A DNA stretch of 64,000 nt from Raillietiella orientalis. Its lineage: Eukaryota. Where the stretch lies: NCBI GenBank assembly GCA_036172245.1, contig JAYWIR010000035.1:1116001-1180000 (forward strand), given 5' to 3'. Below the pieces are notes generated by a model. The model saw only the letters and a list, made by a program, of their open reading frames with translations. It was not told the DNA's origin and made no database searches. Shown here one piece after another: positions 27,191-40,725 of the stretch. Position numbers and translations under genes: made by a program. Positions within the stretch are counted from its first letter, which is position 1, and the number at the start of each line of letters is the position of its first letter.

Positions 27191-29729
27191 ACACTTGAGA
27201 CTAGGAGGCGTGCGGGTCTTCAAGGACCGTTTCCGTTTTTTATTTTTATTTTTCGAGATGTTCCGTTCGCGCTGGAAGGATGGTCTGCTGCTTCCCATTC
27301 GGGAAGAGAGATCTTACTGCCTTCTAGATGATTTTTCTTCCAGCCATGCTGGGGCTGCTCTCCTCTGGAGAGGTCTGTCCTTCTGCTTCGAATCATCGCT
27401 TTCGGTAGCAGCGTGAGTGCAATGGCTTCCCGGACCCCTCCTGCCTTGGCTTCCCGTTTTCGACTCGGACGTTGGAAGGATAGCAGTGGTGCATCCCATA
27501 GATGCTCATCGACGCAACTCCCGGGTTCCACCCGGCATCCTCTTTCCATCCGTTTGAACTACTCTGACGCTCCGAAGAAAAAGCCGTGACTTCCGAAATG
27601 ACGCAAATGGGGCACCGTCAACGCGGAACGCGATCAGCGGAAGCGAACCTCCTCTCTCTTTCTTCCTCCCTCTCCTCCTTCGATTTGTTTACTCGTATAA
27701 ACTGGACCATCCTCGGCGATTTCTTTGTGTATTCGCGCTTCCAATTTCCAGATTTTTCCTTGAGAGTTCGTCTCACCTTCCGTTCGTTCTCAACAGCGGG
27801 ATGTTCTTAGCCACGTCCCTGACCATTCCAAGGGACGCCCGTGCCAGCAGAGGCTCCGAATTTCAATGATTCCGGGAAAAAAAAAAAAATGGTTTCCTTC
27901 GGGATCGCGAGTCGGCGCATGCGGTCCGTGTTTTCTCTATTCGGTGCCGAGGTGCTAGGTTGCACCAGCCACCGCAGAGCTTTCGCTAGCAATCGCGTGC
28001 GACTTCTCTCCCCGTTCGTTAGCGTCCTACAGGTTCGCGCGCGGTCCATGACAACCTTCGAGTGGCCACCCTGTCTGCTCGGCTTGCCAATCCCCCCTCC
28101 CTCGGATACTGCTCCTCGGTACCAATGCGCATTCTTTCGACTTCGCCGCAGGTTCCACGACCCTTCCGGACAACTCGGAGGACTGCGTCTTCGGACCGAA
28201 ACCGCGAGCATTCTCCCAGATGGAGAGGTCGTGGAAATAACCGCGCCCCCTTCCACCCTTCCTCCTGAAATTCTTTGGCCCCAGTTTCTTCGCGACCTCT
28301 CCTCCCTTTCGTGCCTGTGGAAAGACACTCGGGAAGGCCACCACTCCACGAGACGGATGCGCCCTCTCTTTCTCACGGGATCTCATGTCTTCCGTTCTCC
28401 CGGAATATCCCCTACACGGGTTCCCAAGTGGAACAAAGATCTTGATTCGTTGTCGGAGGTGTGCGCAAACTAAACCAACCACAAATCTTTGATTTTTTGT
28501 TTTCCCTTTTTTTTCGCAGCAGGATGAAAAATGGATTATCTCCTGCGCTTGTCCACTATTCATCCTTCATGGGAAGGTTGACGGGTCGGCTTAAGAACCA
28601 GGAAACTTTCACGCTTGGATGGACAGTTCCTCAGCTCAACAGTTTTTTTCCAGGGCCCACTGGGCAGGTCGTGGCTTATAAACTGCCAGGGAGAATCGAA
28701 TACTCGTCAGTGCATCCCGGAGACAGCTCTCGTATGGCCCGTACGAGCGCTCTCGGTTGGCTCCTTGAGATCGAGCCAAGGAACGCCCACGTGCGTGGCG
28801 GCTGCAGAGATTTTCACTCTTCTAAAGGAAGTCGAGGACTGCACTCGTGACGTCTAGCAGGAGGGTTCCAAGCGAGAATTCCGCATTCACTAAATGGATC
28901 GAGAGGAGATCAAACGATGAAGGAGAGCCATCCGTTCGAGTGGAAGATCCGATGGAATCCTGGAACGAAGGAGGAACGGGACGCCGAGAGAGTTCTGGCA
29001 CCGCAACCGATGTTCCACTCGCTAGGCAAGGATGCCGAGGTTCGCTGTTTGTACCAGTGGTAACAGCTTGTTCGGGTGGCTGCAGCCGTTCGGAACACGG
29101 GAGCTCAGAAAAGCCAGAGGCTTTCTCGACGAATAGCAGCCGCAGCTCGAGACCAGGAGAGCGGATGATCCCAGAGAAACTCGAGCTGTGTAATTCAGTG
29201 GTTGCTGGCTGGCCACAGTAGTCACACACAAACTTTTGTTCCTGGAGATCTGTCTTGAATGTCCAGCAGCAATGGAAGGGAAGTCAAATCCCACGTCGAG
29301 ACGAGAGGACATGTGACAGGAAAAGTGCATGGCCGACTTCATCACGAGTGGTTGGTCAAAGAACTGGCTTGTTGCATGATAGGGGGCAAGGAACACAGAC
29401 AAAGTATCCCCATCGGTCGACCACCACGCTGGCAGTCCGTGCCTGCAACGCAGTCCGGTTCGAATCCAAGCAAAAGGAGTGACTGGTTCTTGATGGGCTG
29501 CAAGCCGGTCTTGAAATCTTCGAGAAGCGAGAACTGGGAAGGAGGGAAGCCGAAAACGAGAGTGGCGGGCAAGCAATCTGCTGCAGCCAGCGGCTGGAGA
29601 TGCAGAACCGATGTTCGGTTTCGAGCGCGTGTTCCTTCACAAACGGACGCAACGTAGTTCATTGATGATAGTGGCGAGTTGGTGCCACTGATTTACAAAG
29701 ACAAAACAAGAAATGAAAAACATGGGGAA

Positions 29730-29789
29730 AGGCAGGCTAATGTAGCTTCTATCCAATAACTTGACGCTTTTAAATTGCTTCAAAATTTT
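29730..29789 (-). pseudogene. Bacterial IS4-family transposase fragment (Wolbachia-like)
   Basis: KILKQFKSVKLLDRSYISLP closely matches my recollection of the ILKQF.SVKLLDSSYI.LP segment around the first catalytic Asp of Wolbachia IS4 transposases; not searched. Confidence 0.6.
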
Positions 29790-29790
29790 G

Positions 29791-29892
29791 AAAAGAAAAA
29801 AAGCTAAAAGAGGTAGAGAAAGTAAACTTTGTATAGAAGACAAGCTGCTCATGGCATTGGAATATATAAGGGAATACTGCACATACTTTCAT
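29791..29892 (+). pseudogene. Bacterial IS5/ISL2-type transposase HTH fragment (Wolbachia-like)
   Basis: The frame from 29761 gives KRKKAKRGRESKLCIEDKLLMALEYIREYCTYFH. This matches the GR..KL.IED.LLM.LEY.REYRTYFH motif (HTH of DDE_Tnp_4-type IS) as I recall it from Wolbachia/Rickettsiales; not searched. Confidence 0.75.
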
Positions 29893-31489
29893 CAAAAAAG
29901 CCTCATTTTCCATCATCATTCTTGCATTATTTAAATCTATTAATTTTAATGCAATGGCCATCCACGCTGGAAGCCCGCAGCGCGGAGAGAGACGAGCTTC
30001 GCTTCAGGCGAAGACTTTTCCACCTGACGATCCATCCAGCGATCTTCTCCCCGGGATGAGATCCGCGCCCTTCGACAAAGGAAGCAGCAGTGGTTACCCT
30101 GTTCCTCCAGCTTTCGAGTTCTGACGCGTGAAGAGCGATTCCACCTGGATTCCAGGGGCTTCCATCACCGCCACCTTCCTCGAAACCAGTTGCAGGAGGG
30201 ACAATTGGTTCCGGGAAAGGCAAAGCCGCCCCTTCCCCGGCTGCTCGCACCGAAACAAGAATGCACTCTGCACCGCAGGTGACCATCTTTATTTTAAGGG
30301 AAATTTTGCAACTTTGCCTCCCGTAAAATCGAATCATCTCATTTTTATTTAATCTTCCTCATTCCACCTAATCTCCTGCGCTCTCAGGCGCTTAAGAGCT
30401 GTGCGTGCATAATTTATGCTTCCAAGGCAGCAATTTGTATTCACTCTGGTGAAAGGTGCTCGGCACATGTTCTCGCTGCGACGAGACCAGATTGAGGCTG
30501 TCAGCTCATTATGATTTCATCATCGTTCCCGTTCTCCGGGTTATCGTCGGTCTCATAGTCGTGGTGCTTAATTTTTCCGTTTTCGCAAGGATCCGCTCAT
30601 CTATCGATTGAAGAAAGACACCACGCGAGAGGACTGACAAGAGGTCTGTCGGCCTTGCCATCCGCTTCAAGGCCTTGGCTCTCGAAGGCAGTGCCTTCTC
30701 CCTGAACACGTCGGCACCTTGGCCCTCCCCGCAGCTTCGTCTCTGGCCAGTAATCTGCTGGAGTCTTCTTCGCACCTCTTCCTGTTCCAGAGTTACGAGG
30801 GGAGTAAGCCCGAGCAAACCACGGGCACGAGCAAACCCACCCTTCCATCCCGCGATCGAACCAAGTGCGCCTCCTCCCCTCGCGTCCTGCAAGCGCTGGG
30901 GAGGCGGAGCGGAGCAGAATTTCGGAACCGGCGGGGAGCCGCGATCGAACCCCGCCGAGGCCCAGCGAGTTCCACGGTGTTCCGCTGAGCGCGGGAATCC
31001 AGGCTGGCAGTCCCTCCCTCTCCCCCCCTGCGCGAGATCTGAGCGGGCAGGCACCGCTGGGTGGACCATCGCGGAACCCGAAGGCGGGTGTGCCGCGCAC
31101 CGCGATTTCGCGACGGGTGGGTCGACCCCAGCCAGCCCCGCGCCGGCGTAGGAGTGGTGAGGATGCTACCGAACGCCATCCTTCTCTTCTTCCTCGCTGC
31201 CCCGCCGCGCATGCACGGTGGACGACGCACTCGCGCAGGTTATTGCGTGCCTGACGTGCATGCGCAAGCGCAAGCGGTAGTGAGCTTGAAGAGATGCGTG
31301 AAGAGATGTGTTCGCGCACGTGTGAGCACATACATCCTTTTTTTAAAAAAATAAGATAAAATAAAACAAATAAATACAACGCTTTGACCTGCGATGATAG
31401 AAATCCTTTCGGGTCCTGTTCCTGCTTTTTTTTCTTTCTTTTTCCAGGTTTTCCTCTTTTTTTGGTTCTCAGAGTACTGAAGACCTGTC

Positions 31490-32202
31490 CGTCTAGGGGC
31501 CCACGCACCTCCTTGACACTATCTCCCGCCTCCTGAGGGAGCATGTGACTCTCCAAGTTATAGGGGGCCACCCCGGGATGGGACCACCCTATGGATCCAG
31601 GAAGGGCTCCGGAGGAAGAAGCTCATTCCTCTTACTCTTGGGAGGGAAACCCTCACCAGGGCTGTCTCCGAAGGGAACTTCCTTCTTTATTCTCTCCGGA
31701 GGGATCTCTGGGGGGGTTCGCTCCTTTGTTTCTTGTCCAAAGGGAACCCGCAAGGGAACCTCTCCTGGTTCCCTCCTCTGAAGATGAACCCTGAAGGGAC
31801 GCTTCCCGATTTCTCTAATGGGCATTTACCCGAAGGGAGCAGAGAGCTTCTTACACTCCGGAGAGACAACTCCCCCTGAGGGGAATATCAATCTGTTCAG
31901 CCGGAGGGGAACCCCGAAGGACTCCTTCATGTCCTGTAAGGACACCCCGGAGGGTCAACTTTCAATCCCGGCCAGTCGATGGGGGTATCCATCCGGTTTC
32001 CGGCTGCTTCCACCAGTGCCGCGCTGCACCAGAATCCCACAGGGTGACCATCGTCATCCTGCGGGGAGTTTCTCGAAACCCGCGATGCAATCCTCCCCCC
32101 CCCCCCTGCCCTCCCATTCTCGAAGTCAATCCTCCTCCACGTGGGGATTCGAACCCGCAACCGCTTGCTACCACGTGCGGAGGCCGCAGCCTCGCGGCCG
32201 CT
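31490..32202 (-). mobile_element. tRNA-headed SINE-like element, copy B (~710 bp)
   Basis: Perfect B-box GGTTCGAATCC (minus strand, 32145-32155); core shared with copies A and C; repeated TCCCTTCGG motifs in the tail. Confidence 0.78.
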
Positions 32203-32972
32203 GGAAATGGACACATCAGCGCATGCATCTTTGATTTTATGGCCGAGTGCCGACTTTTGGACGTTTGGATCGTGCCTTACCCTTTCAGATAAGGAGGATA
32301 ATGGGACCGACTGGGGGGAGAGATGCTCACGCGCAAAGTCGTAACTGAGGTCAAACCCGAATGGAGATTATCACAAGGCAAATCCTCGACCGCACACATT
32401 TGCAAAGACTTGACGTTTCCGTCTTGATGCCCTCTCTCTCTCTTAATGCCTGCAACGCTCCGTCAAGTCATTTGCCGTTATCGTTCCTTCTCTGTGAGGT
32501 TTGCTTTTCGGCTCTTCCAGGCAGTTTATCTGTTGACGACAAGGCGCTCTTGGTGATCCCCCATTTGCGTAAGCAGCCGTTTCCGCTTTGGAATGCGAAA
32601 TCACGGAAGCTTCTGGAATGAAGTTCTCAATAAATCCAGCTCGCTGCCTAAAAGACTTGGGTGCGCCGACGGACCGCACCATGCCGTCCGCATACTGTTC
32701 TGTGGGTACACAAATCTACCGTCTTCCAGGAGCCTTTATCCCACTTGATTTCCGGCGAGTATTCCCATCCCTACTTTCTCTCATCTTCCTTGTTGCCACG
32801 ACGACTTTCCGGCACGAATCCTATGCTGGGTTCCATTCGATCTTCGATTTCCCAGGGACTCCCACCCTCCCCCGCCTGGGGCAACGAGCAACGAGCCATT
32901 CGTTCCCTCAGTCCCTTTTCAAGCGGCAGAGCAAGCGGAAGACCGGAGGGCGCAGAGCGGTTGTTTGCTTAC

Positions 32973-33024
32973 CGTACATTCCGGCTTTCCTCAGCAGCTG
33001 CTTCTTCGAGAGGATCTTCATGGC
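32973..33024 (-). CDS. CAMKK: CaMKK coding exon 3 (catalytic Lys, AMK)
   Basis: tttcAG|AMKILSKKQLLRKAGMY+G|GTAAG; 52 nt, phase 0-1. Confidence 0.95.
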
Positions 33025-36000
33025 CTGAAATTCAGTGTGCATGAACAACGCTGAAACATCATCGTCCCTTCTGCGCGGAGATGCCGGCTCGTCTGTACCG
33101 AGCGGCAGCACGGGTTTTTAGAGAAATGCCGAAAGCTGGAAATCTGTGGAAGCAGCAGGGAGAGGGAAGGCAGAAGCGAAGCCACACAGAGAGGGATTCG
33201 GACATGAGGAATGCGCAGTTTTTTTTCTTTTTCCTCTGGAAGAGCAGTTACGGGTTCCCTCAAGCGATGGGTTGTTTTCCCGAACTGGACACGTGAACAT
33301 TTCCACGTGTCTGATGGTTTCCCGTGGCTCGCGGCCACCGTACGACGGGAAAACGAATTCCACGGAATACTCCGGGAACGGCGAATTTGTCTTTTCTTGC
33401 TCATAATAGCCAATAAGAAGGGAGGGGTGAGAAAAGGACGCTCAGCTAGTGTTGCCGAGGCAAACAGTGGACAGACGGACCTGCGAGAGAGGATGTGTGT
33501 GTTTTGCGTGCGTGGAAACTTTTGCGCACGCGTGGCACTCTCGCAAATAATCAACCGAACCGAGTAAACGCCACGTTCGAAAAACGCCGTCGATCCAATT
33601 CAGGGCATCGAAAAGCAAGGCGGATTTGGAAAACGAGGCGGAACACTCCCTCCGTAACCGCGTTACGGCCACTGTGTTGTTCCTTTTACAGGAAAAGAGG
33701 ATTCGCGTCTGACGGCACGCGTGTGATGTGTGTGTGTGATACAGCGTCCCTTCCCCGAGGAAATGCTTCTTCCCAGCCAGCTCCTGCAGAAGGCTGCACA
33801 CGACCACACACGCTCCTATCCACACCTACGTACGGCGCCACCGCGCACGTAACCTCCGCATAGGTTAGCATTTTCTGCTCACGTGTTAGCTTTCCTCCTC
33901 TGCGCCCCCAACACGCAGCTTGGCCGGCCGCACCGGCGCATGCGCTGGGAAGGGACCCGTACGCTCTAGGGTGTGGTGCGCGCGCAGCTGTGTACACACA
34001 CACACGAGCTGATTATTCGTCAGCTGACAACGACGACGACGTCACTCGTGTCCATCGCAACAAAAATGAAGCACGCCCCCGACGCTGACTGTGATTTCGA
34101 TCCGTTGTCCATCCTTCTCAGAAGGGGAGGGGGGGGGGGAGTAGCGCAATATTTATTGCAGCAAACACTCGTTCGAAGGAGAACGTCGGAGAAATGGGGG
34201 AAGGGGGGGAGGGAGGAGAAACTGCCAAGACGGAGATTATGGGGGCTCGGGCGCACGCGATCGAACAAGCGTGCTCGACGCCGCCATTCCTTTGCCTCTG
34301 CTGCACGCGGAGGAGGCCCCTGACTGGACTATCCCTCGACAAGACCGGGTTCGCCGCCTCGATCTGTGAGCTGCCGCGGGCGGGTCCGGCGAGGCAGTGG
34401 CTTCCGCCGAAACGAATGAGTCCCCGGTTCTTCGGAAGGGGGCGAGGGAGTTCTCGGCTCCCCGGCTCGAACGAAGAACGCGGAACCGGAAACGAGCAAA
34501 GGAGGATGGGAACGGGCAGGTGGAGTTTTACCGGGAGGAGAAGGGCCCCTCGGGACCTAGTGCATGGTTCGTCCCGCAACCTCCCTATCTGTCCACGTTT
34601 CGTCCCTTCCTTTTCCACCTATTTTCCACGTGGGGAACGGAACGATAGGAGAGGCTGCGGCGTTGCCTCGGTGCTACAGGCACGCGATGCCTTCAGCGTG
34701 ATGTCCCGATGGAAGGAGGCCCCCTCCCCTTCCCCTCTTCCTTCCACGACTTTGCTCTCTGGCCAGGTTTCCCCCGTCCTGTGATTAGGCGAGGGCGGAA
34801 ACTGCGCTGCCGATGGAACATTCGAAAAACACGTACGGGAAGGGGAGGGGGAGGAGGAGGAACAGAAACACGCGATCCTGCTCCTCCTGGAGCAGGAGAG
34901 ACGTCACGGAGTGGTTCACTGCGGCCGGTTTGGCTTGCAAGACAGAGCAAGTACTCCGTTGCCCTACGGGGATGCACTTCGGGAACGAATTTAGTCCGGG
35001 GTCGCCTCCACCCCATGCGGGGGTGCAGCGCGTGCGCTGCTGGGAGTCTTCTGCTGAGCTCTCCGAGCGCCCATCCGCTCCTTCTTCCACCCCAGGGCGA
35101 GGGAGATAAGAAGGGAAGGAGGGAGTCACTCATGTCCTCGCCGTAGGAAATTTGGCTGGGAAAGCGCGACTTTCGAGGGATCGGCGCTTCCCGCAGCCCG
35201 CGGACTCTTCGAGGGCAACTGCGGGGACCCCGACCATTCTCCCTCAGTGCAGCCGGTACGGGGATCTTCACCCGGAGTCGACTGACCGCCTGTTGTCCTC
35301 AGTGCCTTGGTCGTTCCCGCTGGAGGTTCCGCCGAGTAATTTGGGGTGGGGCACCGGAGGGGGGTCATTCTTCACCGAGGGGGACGAACCAATGCTGCTG
35401 CCGTGCATCGGAGCTGCAGACACCCTGAGAGATTTCCTCCCTACCTCTGCCCCATCCATAAGGCGCATCTTGCAGTCCCGAGTCATCCTCCTAACAGGAA
35501 ACTCGGGCTCGAGGTGGATCAAAAAACAAGTACTCGATAGGGATGGAGTTTGCGCGCTTGCGTGAGCGTGCGCCTTGGTTCCCCCTTTCCGTTCCGCGGG
35601 CCGCGTATTGGTTTCCGCCCTCATCGGAAGGACAGCTCCCCATCTAAGAATCCGGGAACGGTCCCGGAGGCTGATCCCGGATACTCTCCGGGCCTTGGCT
35701 TAGAACCGAGTTGCAGTCGGGAACGAAAGAGAACCCCGCTGGCGGTGCTTCTCCGACACAACAACAGGGAGCCAGGTGTTGAGCATACAGAGCTCGGAGC
35801 CATCCTTCCGACCCGGTTCCATCTCGGTGGTCTTCCCGTTCCTGAGTCCTCCCTCTCGCTCCTGTACCGAATGCAGGTGAATTGCTTTCTGGCAAGTTTG
35901 GGATCCTCCATCCTCCCCAACTCTCGGTGGAACTTTCCGAGAGTTCGGGGCAACTTCCAGGATTCCAGAAGCGGTGAAATCCTTCCGACAACCCACTCCT

Positions 36001-38979
36001 CACCTTCGCCTCGTCCGGAAGCCATCGTGCCCGCCTGCGGTTTGCGTTCCTCCTGCCCGCCTGCGATTCCTCGATCGCTTAGCTCCAGCGAGACCCGGTG
36101 CATTCTGCACCCCATTGGATGCAGCATTTTTTCCCCCCTGTTTCCCTGACGACGACCTCCCGGGGACGAGAAACGCTCTGCTCGGCCTCCGCTGAGGTGG
36201 GCGGGCACCACACGCGTGGGTCAGTGAAGCAGTCGTTGGGAACCCTAGCCGCGAGGAACCATTCGCTGCTGCGGTTGCGATGGTGACTGCCCTGAAAGAA
36301 GTCCCGGGGCGGCGCTGCTGCCATCGTTGCCGCATGGCGCCGCGTTTCCTCGGTTTCTTCGGCACTTACGAAGTCGCTCCTACCCTCTCTTGTGAGGCTC
36401 CATGAGAAAAAGGGTTCCAGGAACAAGATACCACCCACCGCCCGTGGCTCGTGAGAAACGCCTAGGTGATGACCTACGAAATAGAAAGCGGGTCTCGCGG
36501 TGTCGCCTGCGCGACCCCAAGCCCCGCTCTTCCTCCCTCTTCGCGGGCAGAGATTTGCGCCATCTTTGCTGCCCTTCGGCGCTGGTGGCGCCTGTTCTTT
36601 CTTGGGGACGGGTGTGGCGTCGGCCGGTTCTCCTCCGCGGCATTCTTTGCACGGAAGGGCGATCGAATTTCCCGGCTTGCCAGTATTCCAGGATGCGGGA
36701 GAGGGAAAGCAAGCCGTCGTTCCGGTGCCGCTGCGGGGCACGGGTGCGGCGCCCCTCCTCTCTCCTTCCACCTGGTTCGCTCCATTCCCAGCCCCGAACC
36801 TCAGCTAGCGGACCTCATTCGCCGGGAGCGATCAGCCTACGCCCCTGGCGTTTCCAGCGCACGGAAGATGCTTGCGGCCATGTTTGCTACGTTCGTGATG
36901 TTTGGCCCTGGCAGCGAACATCCGCTTCACGAACGGTCGGTTTGCCTCAATGGACGGGGATGCCAAAAGGAAAACAAACAAACCGACGACGAAGCCTCTA
37001 GGGTTTTTCTTTTTTGATCAACCAACGAAAGTGCCACGTTGGTGACCGCTGATCCGTCGGAGGCGACTCCTTGCACGCTGTTGTCCAGCTCGCAGATTTG
37101 CCGCGAGTGAGCCACCACGCGCACCGCATAGCGAAAGCACCAGAGGTGCGTCGGCCTCCTCCTGTTCCCTGCCGGAGGCGCGCGGTGACCTATGAGGACA
37201 GGCGGCGCGTTCCGCGGTGGTGCAGCTTCATGTTTCTCCTCGTTGTTTGCTACGGCATCGGCGTCGGCACGTGACAGCGTTCGGAGCCACCGCCTAAGTC
37301 GAGTTTCCTTTACCGCCTCCCCCCCCCTCTCGTGACTCGGCCCATCGTCCTAAACTCTGGATAGGGGATCACGCCGTCCCCAAGTGCGCTCAGTTGTCGC
37401 GGCGCGCAGGATCGCGCGCGTTTCCTGTTTGTTTTTCTTTGTGAGGGAGAAAGGAGGCGGCACTCTGGGTAGGCGGGTGAACGCTTCAATTTCACGCGCA
37501 TCCTTGGATGGTGCTCCCGTCCGCTCTGGCTTGCTCTTCCCTTGGGCGATGGCGACTCGCTGCAGACAGCAGGACGGAATCCACATCCTTCCGCGACTTA
37601 CCCGGAGAGGATGGGATCGACGGAGTGCGCAGTGGCCGCCGATGCACCTCTCTGCCTCCCCCCTGCTTTCTTCTCACAGCACCTCAGGACGGATTTCTCG
37701 AGGGAGCTTTCGGCCGACCTTCGAGACGCTCACTGGCGGGAACGCCCCCGTCCCTCCAGCAACGCGGTGATCAAACGGCGACAGACCGTCCGAGTTCACT
37801 GCTGCAAAAGCTGTTGCGCCTCACCCAGCTGGTGACGAGCGCGGAGCTCCCGACAATGAGGAGGAGAGGTCGCCGGCCGGTGCTTCATCCTCCTTCCTGT
37901 CCACCATCCTTCGGTCAGCCAACCGCGCGGCAAGAGAAGGAGAAGCCCAGCCTTGTCCGGGAAGAGGCACACGACGGGAGTCAAAGCGCACGGGTGGACG
38001 ATGCACGCCCGGGTAACGCCACGCCACGGGACTGCCGCCATAGAGAGCGAAGGCGGAGAGGGATGGAGTGGGGAAAGCGCTCTTGCGGCCTTCCAAAGAA
38101 GCGCCCGGAGAGGTACGCGATCCCGACCAAGGGACGGAGCGGGAGCCACGGGCTACTTCCAGTAGGGTCGCTAGGAGGAGCAGGTGGACGCTGCAACGAC
38201 TCGCCGCCTGCCCGCTCAGTGATCGCGCCCTCTGGGCTCAGGACGTCCGCGGCTCAAGCGACCCTCGGTTCCATGCCTCGCTCGGCCCTCGCCCGCGGGA
38301 CGGCGCTGCGCATCGATCGATTCCTCGCGCGTAGCGTTCGGTACTTCGCGTCCTCTCTGTGGCTGCTAGAGGAGCAGAGCGCCACTACTGGGTCGAGCGT
38401 GAAGAGAGAGGAGGAAGGTGAGACGAATAGCCTCTTGTGATCGTTCCGCGCTCTTGGTGTCTCGGACCGACGCACAGCAGACAATTGTTTTGCGCCATGC
38501 CATTGGGGATGCCGAGAGCTTTTGTGACGGCGTCATCCGCTCGGCCCCTGTGGCGCCACTCCCGCAATGTCCCGCGGCCGCGCGCGAGCGGACGTGCAGT
38601 TTCAGCAGCTGCCTGATTCCTTCCCCCCTCCCTCTCCATCCCTCCTGCTGGCCCGCGCGGTAGCATCCCGTCTGGACTGGTTGTGCCCCGGGACGATTAC
38701 TCCTCCTCCGCATGCGGCGCGTTCTGCCTGGGATCTGAGGGCACAATGCGGCAGCCAAGGAAGCAAACGGAAGCGGCTGGTCTGCCAAGCGGGCAGAGTA
38801 ACCGGTGGTGGCGCGGCGGATCGAGGGGGATGGCGGCTGACCGCCGGGGAACGCCCCTGCCTTGTCATGCAAAGTCGCGAGTAGGGAAAGGAAGGCGTCA
38901 AAGGTCGCGGGAGAACGCAGCGGGGTTGGCTCTCCTCTCTCTCTCTGCAAGCCCACGAAGGGACGGAGGAATTCAAGAA

Positions 38980-39200
38980 ATCTGCTGCTGCTTTTTCCTA
39001 TTCGGAGACGTGAGATGGGCTGGACACGAAATGCTGGAGGCTGGGATGCCCGACTGGAGTGTCAGAAGGAGCACCCTGATTCGTACTGCGAACTGCTCGC
39101 GCTCGGGGTGGTCGAAGCCGCGCGGGTCACGAGCAGCGACGCAAGTCAAGATTGGGGAAGGGAAGGGGGGGGGAGTACATGACCACCCATCACGTTGCTG
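38980..39200 (+). mobile_element. Decayed RTE C-terminal fragment
   Basis: VRWAGHE...W...KPRG resembles RWAGHV.R...RGRP. Confidence 0.35.
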
Positions 39201-40725
39201 CTTGGAACGTCTGGCAGGCCGCTCTCGCAAGGTTGCTGGACGTCATTCCACTCGGTTCGGAGCGCCGATCGTCGGACGTCGTTCGGACACAATTTCAGCG
39301 GCCTTCCAGCTGCCTGACTTTCTGTACGTCGCGCTGGCTTGCGGCTTGCCGTTGCATTCAGGGCCGGTGCTCGGGGCGCGAACCCCCTGAGGCTACGGGA
39401 CCTTCGAGCAGCGAAAGCACCGGGTCGGAAGGTGCTCTGTTCCTCCTCCTTCTCCGAGCTTCGTTCCCTTCCTCTGGGAGAGAGAGAGGGGAAGAAGGGG
39501 GGAAGAGGAAGCCAGCTAGCGGGTGCTGTGCAAGTCCGCGTTTTTCTCGCGGTGCGCAGAATCTTCCTGTACGCTTTTGCAAAAGCTGGTGGACCAAAAA
39601 GCTGCCCTCAACGTGTACTGGCTTTAGATGAGCACGTGAGTTCTCTTCCGGCGCCAAGGCCTCCCTCCGCATCTCTCGAGCTCGCTCAAGCGAACGTCAC
39701 CTCGAAGCGTCACCTCCAGATGTCTTCCGCAAGCAGTGATGCCCAGATGGCATGCAAACGGAACCTTCGGAGACATCGTACTGCTCCACTGTAGACGTGC
39801 TTATGTGGATTTCCGTCTTTCGGCCTTTTCGCTCTCAACACCCAATGAAAATGACCGCCTCCTTTGTTGAGAACGAAAATTTGCTTGCGGGGGGGGAAAG
39901 ACCCGCGTCTTTCAGGTGGTCATCCGGCGTCTTCCTGTTCCTTTCATCCTCCCTCCCTCTTCCTTCAACTACCCTGACTGCACTCTGGGATTTTGGCAGC
40001 GACGTGACTAACAAGCGGAGCTCGCGAGCGAAAGGCGGCGGGCGGTCTCTCGCCGGCAGTCGCAGAGGAGGAGGGCTGGTCGGCTGGAGCGAAGCAGAGG
40101 ATCGAAAATGAGCTGCGGGACGCGACGCAGAGTCCGCGGGGAGAATCGTGCGGCCCTGGTCAGCATGCTCCGCTGCCCTGCCCGTGTTTTCCCTCCTTTT
40201 GCATTCCGGGATGGCGGCGCTGCAGTCCGTCCCGTCCGTCTCCGTTTCGTTCCTCTTCGCAAGGTCCCTTGCGTCTTCCCCCGTTCGACCGGGAGTGCCT
40301 GCACGCACCATCCGTGCGCGCTGCACATCCTTGGCTTGGAGGTCTGCACATGCGCCCTTCCTCTGCGTTCAGAAATCAAAATGATGCAGCTGCCTACCGC
40401 TGCCACCCCCACTTTTTTCTTTTCCTTTTTTTTCTTGAAGCTCTCGGAGAAATTCTCGAGGGCCGCCCGAACGTTCCTCTGCGCGTCTTGGGTCTCCCCT
40501 CCCTTCGGAGTCTCCGCTCCGAACCTGGCATCTTCTCTCTCTTTTCCTCACTGAGCTAGAGGAACTGACCCTGCGTGAACCCAGGGCGGAGAGTCGGAGG
40601 TCCAGCAGGTCGGGTTTTTAGGATGCACTGCGCAAACGCACCCCACGGAAAGGAAGGATAGAAGGGGTGCATGGATCGGTGAGGGTTGCAGCAGTTGACC
40701 ACAAAATGGACAAACGGATACTTAC

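Larger units (their letters stand above)
28900..30060 (-). mobile_element. Decayed LINE APE endonuclease interrupted by the 29655-29960 insert
   Basis: WIVRWKSLRLK...SSVD|VASVCE joins across the insert (WN..SL..K...D...V.E); then RGG, SLPP, VGFDFPSI (GDFN.P.I). Confidence 0.45.

Noticed and set aside
32135..32202. tRNA gene
   Set aside because: B-box only, no cloverleaf; it is the head of a dispersed repeat.
33450..34300. Alternative promoter/CpG island
   Set aside because: The whole region is CpG-rich and no core promoter or spliceable exon could be supported.
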